This document shows positions 48,116 through 60,203 of a stretch of DNA of 64,000 nucleotides, piece after piece. Below the pieces are notes generated by a model. That model worked only from the letters and a program-made list of their open reading frames with translations, did not search any database and was not told the DNA's origin. The stretch's first letter is position 1. Each line of letters begins with the position of its first letter. This DNA is from Flectonema sp. DT1601 (lineage: Eukaryota). Location of the stretch: NCBI GenBank assembly GCA_964019425.1, contig OZ025781.1:1612001-1676000 (forward strand), read 5' to 3'. The translations under genes were made by a program, and so were the position numbers.

Positions 48116-51100
48116 ATGTCCCCACCATGGGGTGTGCTATTGTTGTTATTCACACAATGTGGCATTGGAATGTCCGTGAATACAGCATCTAATTATACTT
48201 GGGGGTATAAAACAAAGACTAATCGAGTGTTGGTGATGTCAGAAAGAAGATCATCAGTTCAAATAACAGCAGAGCCAGGGTCTGGAGTTGATGATTTGTT
48301 TGGTGATCTGGTTAGTTCGAATGGAATGCTGAATGTTGAATTTCTACTATCAGTCAGTAAGTCTTGTGAAGTGTCTACTGGTACGTCGAGTTCTTCTTTA
48401 CAATCTCCATTTGGATTCTTGCCAACCAGAATCTGTTCAGATTCCTACAGTAGTTCTTGTTCTGAAGGTAAAGCTTCAAACACGGCGCGATTAACATTAT
48501 CTGATCTTCCAACGGTATCGAACTTGACTAGTTATTACTTGTGTGTTACAGTACAGTCAAAGTTAGATTCATATCCCTCAGTGTATTACAATACACAGTT
48601 GATTGTTGATGTGATTCCAAAGATCACAACTACTTCTAATTTCTACGGAGGAGTTAGTTATGGTTGTCGATGTTACCTTGATACCTGTGAGAATATAACA
48701 AATAGCTGTCCAGGAATGAATTGTAATGATACTCTCAGCTGTCAACATCATAAAGAAGAAGTGTTAAGGATCGCAATGACAATTAACGGAGTTGATATAT
48801 CGGAAATCGCTAATGTTAGAATGTATCCAAAGAAGTCTTGTGATGCTTCTTCTGTTGATGAAGTTGTTATCCCAGAATCAGGAATCGTATTAGAAGACGG
48901 CTACTATGAAATACCTGTTGGAGCTCCTTCAGGTTGGGATGGATACAGAATGTGTTTGGGATACAATGGAACATACAACATCGATATTGGAACAGTTATT
49001 TCTGTTTCTCAAACCATTCAGATTGGAGGAGTTTCTATCGGACCAGGAGAGACATCAATTTACGTTACGAGTACAGCGACAAGTATTGAGATAGTGACTG
49101 GTGTAAGTCATCCGATTACTTTTTATCTCTCATTGGCATCCTTGTCATGTCAGGCAACATCAACAACCACCACTACTAATACATTAACAGGAAAAGGAAC
49201 TGTAGTGATACCATCAGATGGTGGAAGTGATTATCAACTTTGTGTATCTCCATACGGATCTTCAGTCTTCGATGTCGATTCAAACAGTTTGTTACCTTCA
49301 ATTGTATTCCCTCTTCGTCTTAAAGTAATTTCTGATTCGTTTGCTTCGATGGTCAACAATCTCTCAAGTGGAATCGTTACGATACCAACTACTCAGAATC
49401 AAAACAGTCCTGTTGTTGTGTATTCACTCTTCGCAAAAAGTTTTTTTTTCACTGGTTTTGGAGAAGGTTGTGGAATAGGCGCGACTGTTCACGCATCAAC
49501 TTTAAACAATACTGGACCAACAATGAGCAGTGGAAAGTATACAATATGTGTTATAGGAGTAGCTGGTGAGACAGTAGAGAGTAGCGTGTCTCTGTTAGTG
49601 TTGGCTATTGAGTCAATTGGAGGAGTCAGGGCTTCAGTAATTCCTATCGTTGCTGTACTTCCAACTGTGTTGGATGTTGTGGTTGCATCCGATTCATCGA
49701 CTGCTTTCAACTTGGCTGTTGCGATATTCCCAAAGGGACAATGTGGCTACACAGCTACTCCTTTAGAATTATCGGCTGCAATTGATATTCAAACAGTTGT
49801 CTCTTTTAGAGCTAAGCTATCTGTTCCAGCACTCTCAGTGGATACCGAGTATGATATTTGTTTCTCTGTTGACTATGCTCCTTATAGTAATGGATGGGCT
49901 TTATCTGGATGGGGACTGTACGCTATTCCAATTACTGTTGGTAATGTTGACTTCCCTCAACCTTTTAGCTTTCCAATTGCAGGAACGAGGGAATCAAATG
50001 TTTTCATTCCAATCACACAACCAGATAGTGAAGTTTATGGTGATAAAATCAGACCTGTAATCGATCCTAATATGATGCTTGTCAGACTATCTAAGTCAGT
50101 CGGTGGTTGTTTATCATCGGATTCAATTGCACTACCAGTTACCGTATCAGGAGGAGTTGCTTCATTCAATGTTGTCTCAACTTCTTGGATTGCTGTGGAG
50201 GGAAATCGAAATTCTCGGTTGTGCATTTCACTTCAGGGAGATTCGATCGCATTTCATGAAGCAAATATATACTTTTTAACAGTTGTACCTCAGATACTAC
50301 CAGCACAGTATGATTCAGGTATTGTGATGGTCATTGGAGAGAAAAGTTCAATTTCAATTTCAGGGACTGGAATGGATATTTTCACAGCAACAAACAGAGG
50401 TCTTGGTGTGTACTGTTCTGTTGTGATTGAAGGACCTGATGGTACTAAAGCAAGTCCTGCTTTATTAACAGCTAAAGGAGGTAATGCTGTAGCCTCAGCT
50501 GACTTTGATTTGTATTCTATGGGATACGATGATGGAACTCAGTTAAAACTTTCGATTGCGATTCGCTCGCTCAATATGCAAAACAACATCTGGTTGCCTC
50601 ATGGAGAAGTTGCGAGACAAAGAGATTTGATAATAGAAGCCATCCGACCGAATCTTTACAGCGATTATATTTACTCATCGTTGAGGAACTCTCCTATTAT
50701 TAGATTTATTGCTGCAGAGATGCCAATAACGTTCTACATGAGTGGAGTTGGTATTCACGGAAGTGACCCTGTTGTCGTTACTATAACAAGTCATGGATCA
50801 GACTGTTCTCTTGAATCCTTTGACATCAGTAGGCAAGGTATTGTTAGTCAAGGATCATTCACATTACCTGGTGTACTGTTTCAAACTGCGACTCGTTCTG
50901 GTTCTCATCGCATCTGCGTTTCGACTCTCAACGATCCCTCAGGTAGACTATATAATGTTGGTATAGCTGTTCAAATTGTACCTTCGCCGTCGTATTTTTC
51001 TTCGAATGGGATAATACTAACTGACAACATCAGAAGTTTTCAATCAAGACCTGATAAGTTAAGTTATAATGCTGAGAATAATCCAGATATAAGAATCTTA

Positions 51101-54100
51101 GCAGGGTCTACTCCGTCACTAGATGTTGTTTTTACGGAAGTGACTCCGATGTTGTCAGTCATTTCTAGTGATTATAATATATTTTTAATGTATTCAGCAA
51201 CTCCTTGTCATCAGGGAGTTCCTTTTAAGAATTCCCCCATCATTAAACTCCCAAAACCATCTGCTGGCGGAATATCACTCGTAGGCAATCAAGTAGGAAC
51301 GGCTTCACTTAAATTTAGTAGTTCTCAAACACTTGCGATGAGAGGTGTGTGATTGTTTTATTGAATTTCGTGATGTGAAAGAGATCAACTTAATAAAATA
51401 AAAAAAAACAGGTACTTGGTTTATATGTCTGGCAATAGGAAATGGAACCAGCACTTCGAAGCAGATTCACAGCGGAATGTTCCACACGACGTTGCAAACT
51501 ATAATATCAACGACAGGAATCCAAGCAGGTGGTATACAAGCTCCGTATTCCCCTTTCAAAGGGGCGGCTAAAATGGAAAGTGAGCTACCGAGTATTCAAT
51601 TACTGACTGTCCATCAATACACAAATCCGAATGCATATTTCGAGTTATTAGATGCAAACAACTCCTGGGGAAATACTCTTCCAACAAACACATGGAGTGC
51701 TTTATCACTTGTTTGGATTCGTGAAAATGATCATTGCACATCAACGTTACCATCCGCAAGCAGTTTTTTAACAAAAGTAGTAGACAGCCATTCTCACAGC
51801 CATTACGTGTCTAATACTTCGGATTACCTTTTTGGTATTGTTGGTGAGATGTTTAAGATCTGTGCTGTTGTTGATCGTCAGCCTTGGTATTCACAAAATA
51901 AGTCAGTTAGTCTTGCTTCAGTAATTGATGTTGGGTTTCGTGTTATAGTTGTAGCAGTTGATTCTTTATCTAATAATGTTGTTGATGCTGCTAACCCAGT
52001 TAGGTTAGGTGTTACTTTAAGAGGAAAGCCTCAATTTGATGTTGAATTCTCACCAGAGTCAGCCTTTAGGTCGTCAAACTTTGATAGCATTTTTCGGAAC
52101 AGTCAAGTCGGGTTTTCATTTGTTGAGTACTCAGCCTCAGTAACACCAACGGTTGATATTTGTTCAAGTGGATTAAGTACTCAAGGGATTACTGTTAATG
52201 GAACATTACTTAGTGTCACATTCACCTCTTCTGATGTTGGTAGAGCTAGATACGCTGTTTGTGTATCTGTTGGTCTTTATCGTAATCCTTTTCTTACTGT
52301 TACGCCACCACCCGCTTGGGTTCTTCTACCAACTTCTGTTTATGTTTTCCCATTCAAATACGTAAACGGTCAATCAGCCGCAGCTCCAATCACGTTATTT
52401 CACGGATTGCCTGGGTACCTCATATTGTGTCCTCCTGACATTAGCTGTAGCCTTTTAGAGAAGGAATTTGAAGCGAAACTAACCCTCTCTGGAATGTGTA
52501 ATTTACAAAACAACGCTCTGTACAGTGGGACTCAGAGAACTTCTGTTGAGAGAGGAACTTTTATAAATATTGGAGTAGTGAATTCGACAATAGGATCAGG
52601 CAACCTAGACCTCTGTATACGGGAACGTGGTACTACAAGCGCCTTTGCTGTTGCTGTCATAACTGTGAGTGTGTTACAAATTACTGTCTCTGGAATCACT
52701 TTAAATGATCCAACGAAGACGTTATCAGTTACGAATGGAACAGCAGGACCAACTACAATTGATTTATTTGTCAGATCATCAGGACAAGCTTTATCCCCAA
52801 TTTGGTTTTCAATTTCACTAAAGGGAAGTTGTGCAGAAGACATAGGAAGTCACGCTGATGGTATTTCCACTAAACCTGTTGCAGTGAACACATGTTCAGG
52901 AGCGTTGGTTATTAGGAAGGCTGAATACGCAGTTGCAAAAACGTTTGAATCGCTGGTAGTTTGCTTGGCGACTGGTTTGGTTGATAACGTTGAACCAGAA
53001 AAACATTATTTTCAAGAAACTCTGTTGGCATACGCAGTTCGTAACCCAAATAGTTTAGCACTCAGAACTCAACCAAAAAATAGTTACTTTGAACTTAAAA
53101 GATTATCAATAGATCCAGTCATTGAAGTTCTTGATGAAGAGTTTCAACCAATGACTGCAATCTCACAAACACTTACTATTCACTTAAAGTATGAAAGCTG
53201 TGATATGACTATGGTTGATCAGTGTCTTCAAGAATGTGAATTACAAGACAAACACGGTTCCTTCAGTAATGGAATACTATTGGATCAAGGTAACTTAACA
53301 TGTGTTGAATTCTGTGAGGCTGATAGTCTTGATATCTGTTCAGAAGATTCTTGGATTTCAGATGATCAAAACAACCCTCCTCAGACTGGATCAGCAGTAT
53401 ACCCAGATCAATTCGTAGCTAATAATGCGAGTATTACATTCTCTAAAGTACCACTTAATGGAAGACACAGAGTATGGTATCGATTAAGGTTTTGGACTGA
53501 TATTCAAACAACTGGGCTAGCTGACCTGATATCAGATCCTTTTAGAGTAGGTCCTTGTTATGATTGGACTCAAGGAAATTGGACTTCTGACAGAGCTCGA
53601 TTCAACGGTACACGCACTGGAGCTGCATACTACTGGCCAAGTGCTAAGTATGCCCAACCTAACGACACAATATGCGTCTTATGTCCTGAAGGAGCTCTCT
53701 GTGATGGAACAACAGAAGTTCGAACTGAAGAAAACTACTGGAGAGCTAATCATAAAAGCTATTCATTTTATTCTTGTTTGTTACCAATTGGAACAGAAGC
53801 ATGTACAGAGAATACAACTACTGGTAGTTGTGTTTCTGGTTACAAAACTCACATGTTTGATAACACTCTTGACAATGACACAATTACAGGACATGATTCT
53901 CTAGCTGACGATAATCCACTTTGTTCATTATGCGCTTCGGGTTATGGAAAACAAGGAAATGGTCAAAAGAAGTGCCAACCATGTCCTGCTGATTGGGTTT
54001 CTTGGCTTGTGGCTATAATTGGAGTAGTGGTGATCCTAATCGCATTGCTATTTATGGTTTTGAGCACCATGAAATCATCAAGAGAGAATACCAAAGATGA

Positions 54101-57100
54101 ATTCACCATCATGGTTAAGATGCTTTTAACCCATTTATCAATCGCTTCACTGACAGGTTCATTCGGAAATCGATTAGGTCTCCTCCTCAAAGAAATCCTT
54201 CAAATAGAAAAACAAGCCTCAGGACAAGTCGCAACAGAAATGGCATCTCTCGATTGTGTTCTTTCTGTTAATTATTATGATAAATTCATCGTACTGATGC
54301 TGCTTCCGTCGTTCTTCGGACTTTTAATTGCGTTCCTATTCGGTCCAATTATGGCTCTTTTAAAAATGTATTTTAGTAAAAAGAAAAAGGGAAGAGAAAA
54401 GCTAAGGCAACTAGCTTGGTTTGGGACAAGACCAGTTAAGGAAATAGAAGATGTTAAGATTGTAGATGAAGAGAGAGAAAGACGAAGAACAGCAAAAGTT
54501 CATCCAGTGATGAATAAAGATAACAACGACGACCCTAATGAAATGGAATTAGAGTCAATTGATACAGAGGAGATTGGAAATATCGAAGTTTCTGAAAAAA
54601 GCGTCGTCGAAAGAGAACAAAAAAATCAGCAATTGGAAGAAATAAAAAAACGACTAAAAATTGTATTCGACCGTCTAGACAGAAACAACAATGGAACCCT
54701 TTCTAGAATTGAAATAAAAAAAGGATTCTCAACTGACAACGACCTTACACAACTCCTAAAGGAAAGATATGGAGGAGAAGAAAACGCCTGGCAAGACTTC
54801 TGGGAATCTCTTGATGATGATAACAATAAAGAAGTTACTTGGGAAGAATTCGCTGAAGAATTAGTGCAGTATGGACAAACTAAAATTGAAGTTAAAATGG
54901 ATGCTCTACAAGATCGAAAAGTAGTTGATGAAGATGAGTTGTCACAGATTGATAAACACGAAGACGAACTCGGTCACAAACTTGGATTCAAGACTTCAGA
55001 AATGAAACGCGCATATGTCGCAGCGATGGTCATCTTTATGGTTCTAATTTATCCAAACCTACTTGAGACTGCTGCTCACTTCCTTCAATGTGATGAATAC
55101 GATTGGGGTAAACAGAATTCAATGGATTCATCTATCACAGCAATCAAACACACCAGAAGGATATTTAGACACGATATGACACTAGACTGTGATGATACTA
55201 TTTTTAAAAGATATCAATTAGCAGCAATCATCTGTCTCCTACTCTACGGTATTGGAATCCCTGCTGGTGTGATGTCAATCGCTCGTCTCGTTAGAGGTGA
55301 TCAAGAAATCGGTACAAATGAATCAAAAGAAATCAGAGACAATAGAAAAGAACGACTTAAAAATTCTCGAATCATGTTCGGGTTCTTAATGGCTGGTTAC
55401 GCAAAAAATAGGTGGTACTGGGAAGCTGTTGTTATGCTTCGAAAATGTATAATGGTGGTAATAAGCGTCTACGTTAGAGGAACGTTTTCTACCTACGTTG
55501 GTATGTTGTCATTCTTCTAAGTTAATACTTTCAGCACTCAATAATAATAATAATAATAATAAAACAGGAATGTGGACCATGTCGATATTCTATTTACTTC
55601 AAAATAGATGTCAACCGTACAACCATCGCAACTTAAACAAATTGGAATCCATATCAATCCTAGTCATTATTGGTACACTGAACCTTTCACTGCTTTATAA
55701 CCCAGAGACGGGAAACTTCGACAACAACAGCACAGATAGTTTTGAGCGTTTTGGTTTTTGGATGCTGACTGTCGTTCTCTGTGTTGCTAATGTCGCACTT
55801 GTTTGTTATTTTTTGTATTGGATTCTGTGGTACTTTCTAGACTTCATTGCTCAAATTATGAAAGACAAGATCGAATTAATAAACAAAGCTGGTACCTCGT
55901 TCCCGACAATACTCCGAATTTGGTTAGTAAAACGATGCCGTGGAGAGATATGTTACATCAGAAGCGAACAGACAGGTAGACGACAGGTGGTCGATGATGC
56001 ATTTTCGTTAATGCTTTTGGATGAACAAAGATTCTTGGGAGACTTGAGAACAGGTCTTTCAAATGTAGTCTTCCTTCGCAGGTATGAAATAAATGAAAGC
56101 TGCGAAATACAAGTCTCTGAATCAATTGAAGTTCCGTCTTCACCTTTACACGCTTTAAGATCTTCTATTGCACCACAACAACAACAACAACTCGTTGAAC
56201 AAGATGAAATAACAATTGGTGTGTAGTATTTTATTTTTTTGATATATTGACAGGCTAGGGACTCTGGCCAGCGCCCCACCAAAGTCAATGGTGAGGATCT
56301 GAAGGTATTTCCCAAGAGGGAATTCCTAATAAAAGTTGAAAGTCATTATCGTTTTTACTTCTTCAAAATAACTAAATTCAGGATGTCGAGTAAAACGATC
56401 ACCTGAATGGACTCAAGACGATGATGTGACTGTCGGAGTAGTCGACGAGTATTTAGATTTCGAGACTCCAAGTAAAATGTTAATAGAATCAGATATAATG
56501 GGTGACTCCGGTATTCTCTTCTCACTTGAAGTTGAAGAATACAATGGAATGCCTCAATGGATCGAAGAATCTGGAAAAGATGAGGACGAATCCCTCATCC
56601 TCTACGTTCATGGATCTGGTCATTGGGTAATAAGTAAAGGTTATGAAGATTCGCTTGACTCTCCCGACATTTTAATAAAAAGTGCTGAATTCCATGATGA
56701 CATAATGCCACAATGCACGTACAGATGGAGTAGTAAGACTACAATACACTCACCTCCTGGAGGGAAGCTTGGTACCGTAATAGCGATCGATTACATTGAA
56801 GGAACTTGTCGTGTTCATTGGGACACTACAGCAGACAAGATGCCGTTAACACCAAATTACACTTACAATCACCCGATGGCTCATCTTGAGGCTGCTGTTG
56901 TTGAAGATGGAGAGTGGCAATTCGTAACAAGTTCTGACTCTCTTCAGTTTTCATTAATTAAAGTTCTCGCTCTCATACGTTGGAAGAGTAGTCAAAACCC
57001 AACAAAATCAACAGCACATGGTTCAGATGAGCGTATCATGTGTTCAGTCAAGTACGTATCGAGAAGTACTAAAAGTGATGATCCTTACACAGTTGGGAAA

Positions 57101-59403
57101 GTTATCTATTCTGAAAGTTGTTCTCTCGCATGGCCACAAGATGAACGAGTAGAAGGAGACCAGGATGGCCCTCTTAGAACTTGTTTTGGAATCCCACCAG
57201 ATACCGTACCCGATTGCTCTTGGAACGAGGAAACAAAAATGATTCACGGTATGAATGCCCAATATGAAGCCTCCACTACGTTGCTCTCAAAAACTGGTCC
57301 TCAAAAGTCGATTGAATTCTCTTATTGGCTCCCTGCCCAACCCAGTAAACCTGTCACCATTGAACCTTTGATATACTCAGTTAGGAATGTGAGGAGAATT
57401 GGAAATATGAAAATTGATAAAACAGCTCAGTGTAAGGAACCAGGATTTCAAGCTTGTGTAAAGTGGGATATAAAGTCTGGTGGATCAGGGCTGATGGAAC
57501 CACCAGCAGCACCTAAAATGGTGAAGAGAGTGTTTAAATCACAACGACAACACGCTGACGTATTAGAAGAGAATGAAGCCCTTGATGATATACTTGTTGA
57601 AGATGAAAGGATAGGTGAAGATGAACTACCTGAAGACAAGGAAGACGGATGTAATCACATTCCTATCATCGAATCCCTCGAAGAACAACTCCGAGACGTA
57701 TCCTCTGCACTCGATGCTAAAACCATTCAATGTGAAGACTTGGATCAGCAGCTACTCAACGTTGAGGAAGAACTTCTCGATGCACAGGAAGTCTCACAAG
57801 AATCTTCACAAATAAAAGATAAAATAACAGACATGCATCAAGCCTTAGTATCAGAGTGTACCTCTCTTACAAAGAGAATAAAGAAAGAAACTGACGACAC
57901 TTGTAGAAAGGAACGAGCATACAAATCACACGTTAGAGAATTGGAAGAACAACTTCAAATTGCTTGGGAGAGTTCACAACTTAATGAAGAAGCAATGTCA
58001 GAGGCACAAGTTGAAGTTGTACATCTTCAGCATGTTATTGAAGACTTACAAAAACAGTTGAATGATATTGTTGAGAAGTACTCCTCTCTTAGTAGTCAAA
58101 AGTCTGATTTAGAACAACAAAACTTCGCACTCACTGAACGCGTCTCTGACGCTGTTAAAGAACATCAAGAATCTCTCGATCAAAATCAACAACAAATGCT
58201 ATCAAATCGATTTGGTTCAATTCTTAACAAAAATACTCTCGATCGTCAGCGACAAGCTGCTGCTGAAGAACAGCGTGAAGTCCAAGATCTCCTTAAGAAG
58301 ATGAATGAGGTTTGTTTAATTAATTATTCATTATTCTTAATAATTATTCATATAAACGAGAAGGTATCCCACTAACACCTAACCACCAACAGGAAAAGCA
58401 ACGTCACCAAGTAGAGATACAAGAAATGAAACGACAAAACCTCGTTGAGAAGATGAAACAGGCTGAAGAAGCAGCTAAGGTATGTAAACCTATCTCTCCT
58501 CTCTTTCAACAATCGTGATTTCAGAAAATATATAAAACAAATCAGGCAAAACGAAGGCAAGCTGCAGAAGCAGAAGAACAACGCAAAGCCAGACTTCTAA
58601 AAGAACTATTTCAGAAAGTAAAAGTAAAGAAGGGAGCAAATAAAGACAGAGAGCTTAAGATGAAGGGCTGGGCATCGAGAGCAAAAACACAGGCCGCTAA
58701 GAAAGCCGTGGAAGCCGCGAAGTTGGAAGCACAGCGACTTCGATCAGAGGTGGAAGCAACTCGAGAAGAAGCGGAGAAGGCGAATGCACTCGCAGGAAAT
58801 CTTAAAAATGAAGTCGAATCCGCATCAGCTGCAGCCCAAGCTTCTCGAGAACGTGCTGAGCAACTCCAACATGAAAGTAACGAGAGTAAGATGCAGAGCC
58901 AGGCAGCTAAATTACAGGTTCGACTCGCAATCGAAAGGTGTGAAGCAGACGCCCGACTTGCGAAAGAAGCGCAAGAAAGACTTCGACAACAAGAAGATCT
59001 CGCTAAGCGACAACAAGAAGAACAAGAAGCGAGGGAACGAGAACTTCAACACGCGGCTGAAGAAGCATTACTCGAAGAACAACGAAGGTTAGAAGTCATT
59101 GAACCTGAAGAGGAAGAGGAAGAAGAAGAAGAAGAATCAGATGAATCTGGCGATACTTCTGAAGTAGGTGTCGGAGGAACTTCATCTCTTGCACAAGCTC
59201 TCGCTCAACAACGTCGAGAACTGGAAGCACTTTTAGGAACTAATGACATCGGTAGAGATGCTGTAATGAGGAAACAAAAGAAACCTAAAAAGACTAAAGT
59301 TCAGCTACTAAGAGAACGACAACATCGAATGGATACAATTCTCGACGAATCAACTAAAGCTCACATTGAACGACATCGATACAGAAAGATTCCTAAAAGA
59401 TAA
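48116..59403 (+). CDS. Giant multipass membrane protein (~3613 aa): signal peptide, long Cys-containing ectodomain, TM bundle with EF-hand pair, MIB/HERC2-like domain, coiled coil; introns 51345-51411, 55501-55567, 56219-56381, 58310-58392, 58480-58545
   Basis: All five introns are GT-AG and phase-compatible (exons total 10842 nt). EF hands DRNNNGTLSRIE and DDDNNKEVTWEE. RWYWEAVVMLRK TM motif. The 56219-56381 join is the least certain. Confidence 0.7.
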
Positions 59404-60000
59404 CTCAAATGAAGTTATCAGACCTTCAATTCATCCTCCGCAGACAATATTAGAAATCAGATCCTTCCGGTCTGATGTTTTTATTTTTCGCTCTTTTTTT
59501 TTTCTTCGTCTGATTCTTATCTTTTACTTCAGCCTCGTTTGCAATCACGAATTTATACAAAGCAGATACTCATTATGACTCTTTTTTTGATTACTATTTT
59601 TATTTTTTAATTTATTTACACAAATATTGAACATTGTCATTAACATGACGAACTAAAACATATTTACACATATTCTTACACCGGGAGGAGGGATGTTTTC
59701 TGTATGAAGGAACTATCTGTTCCTCACCCATTACACCCTTTAAGGGAAGGTAATAAAGTCATTGAAGAAAACCTTCACAGATGGAACTTCAATTTGACGG
59801 TTTGGTATCGAGATAATTATATTGGTCTCGCAATTTTTTTTTTTTTTTTTTTGAAATACGAAACTATTAGTTACTTAAGTTATTAAGAGAAAACAAATGT
59901 TTTATCTATTTTTTTTTTTTTTTTTTTTTTCCCTGTGTGCCAGTAATACTGTCTGCGATCAACAAAATACATAAGGCTAAATTGTTTTTGTTGTTATTGC

Positions 60001-60034
<34 letters not shown>
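60001..60034. repeat. (TTG)n microsatellite
   Basis: Directly visible. Confidence 0.9.
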
Positions 60035-60203
60035 AACCTTTTTATTATCAAAAGATGATCTTAACAAAGAATTTATTATTTGAATTGGTCTTTTATTCTT
60101 TCACTTACATTACTCTTAACACAGACAGTTCCTTATGTTCGATTCTACGTTTTATATTATCATAACAATTCATAACATTTTCACACAGTCAGTATCATAA
60201 AGA

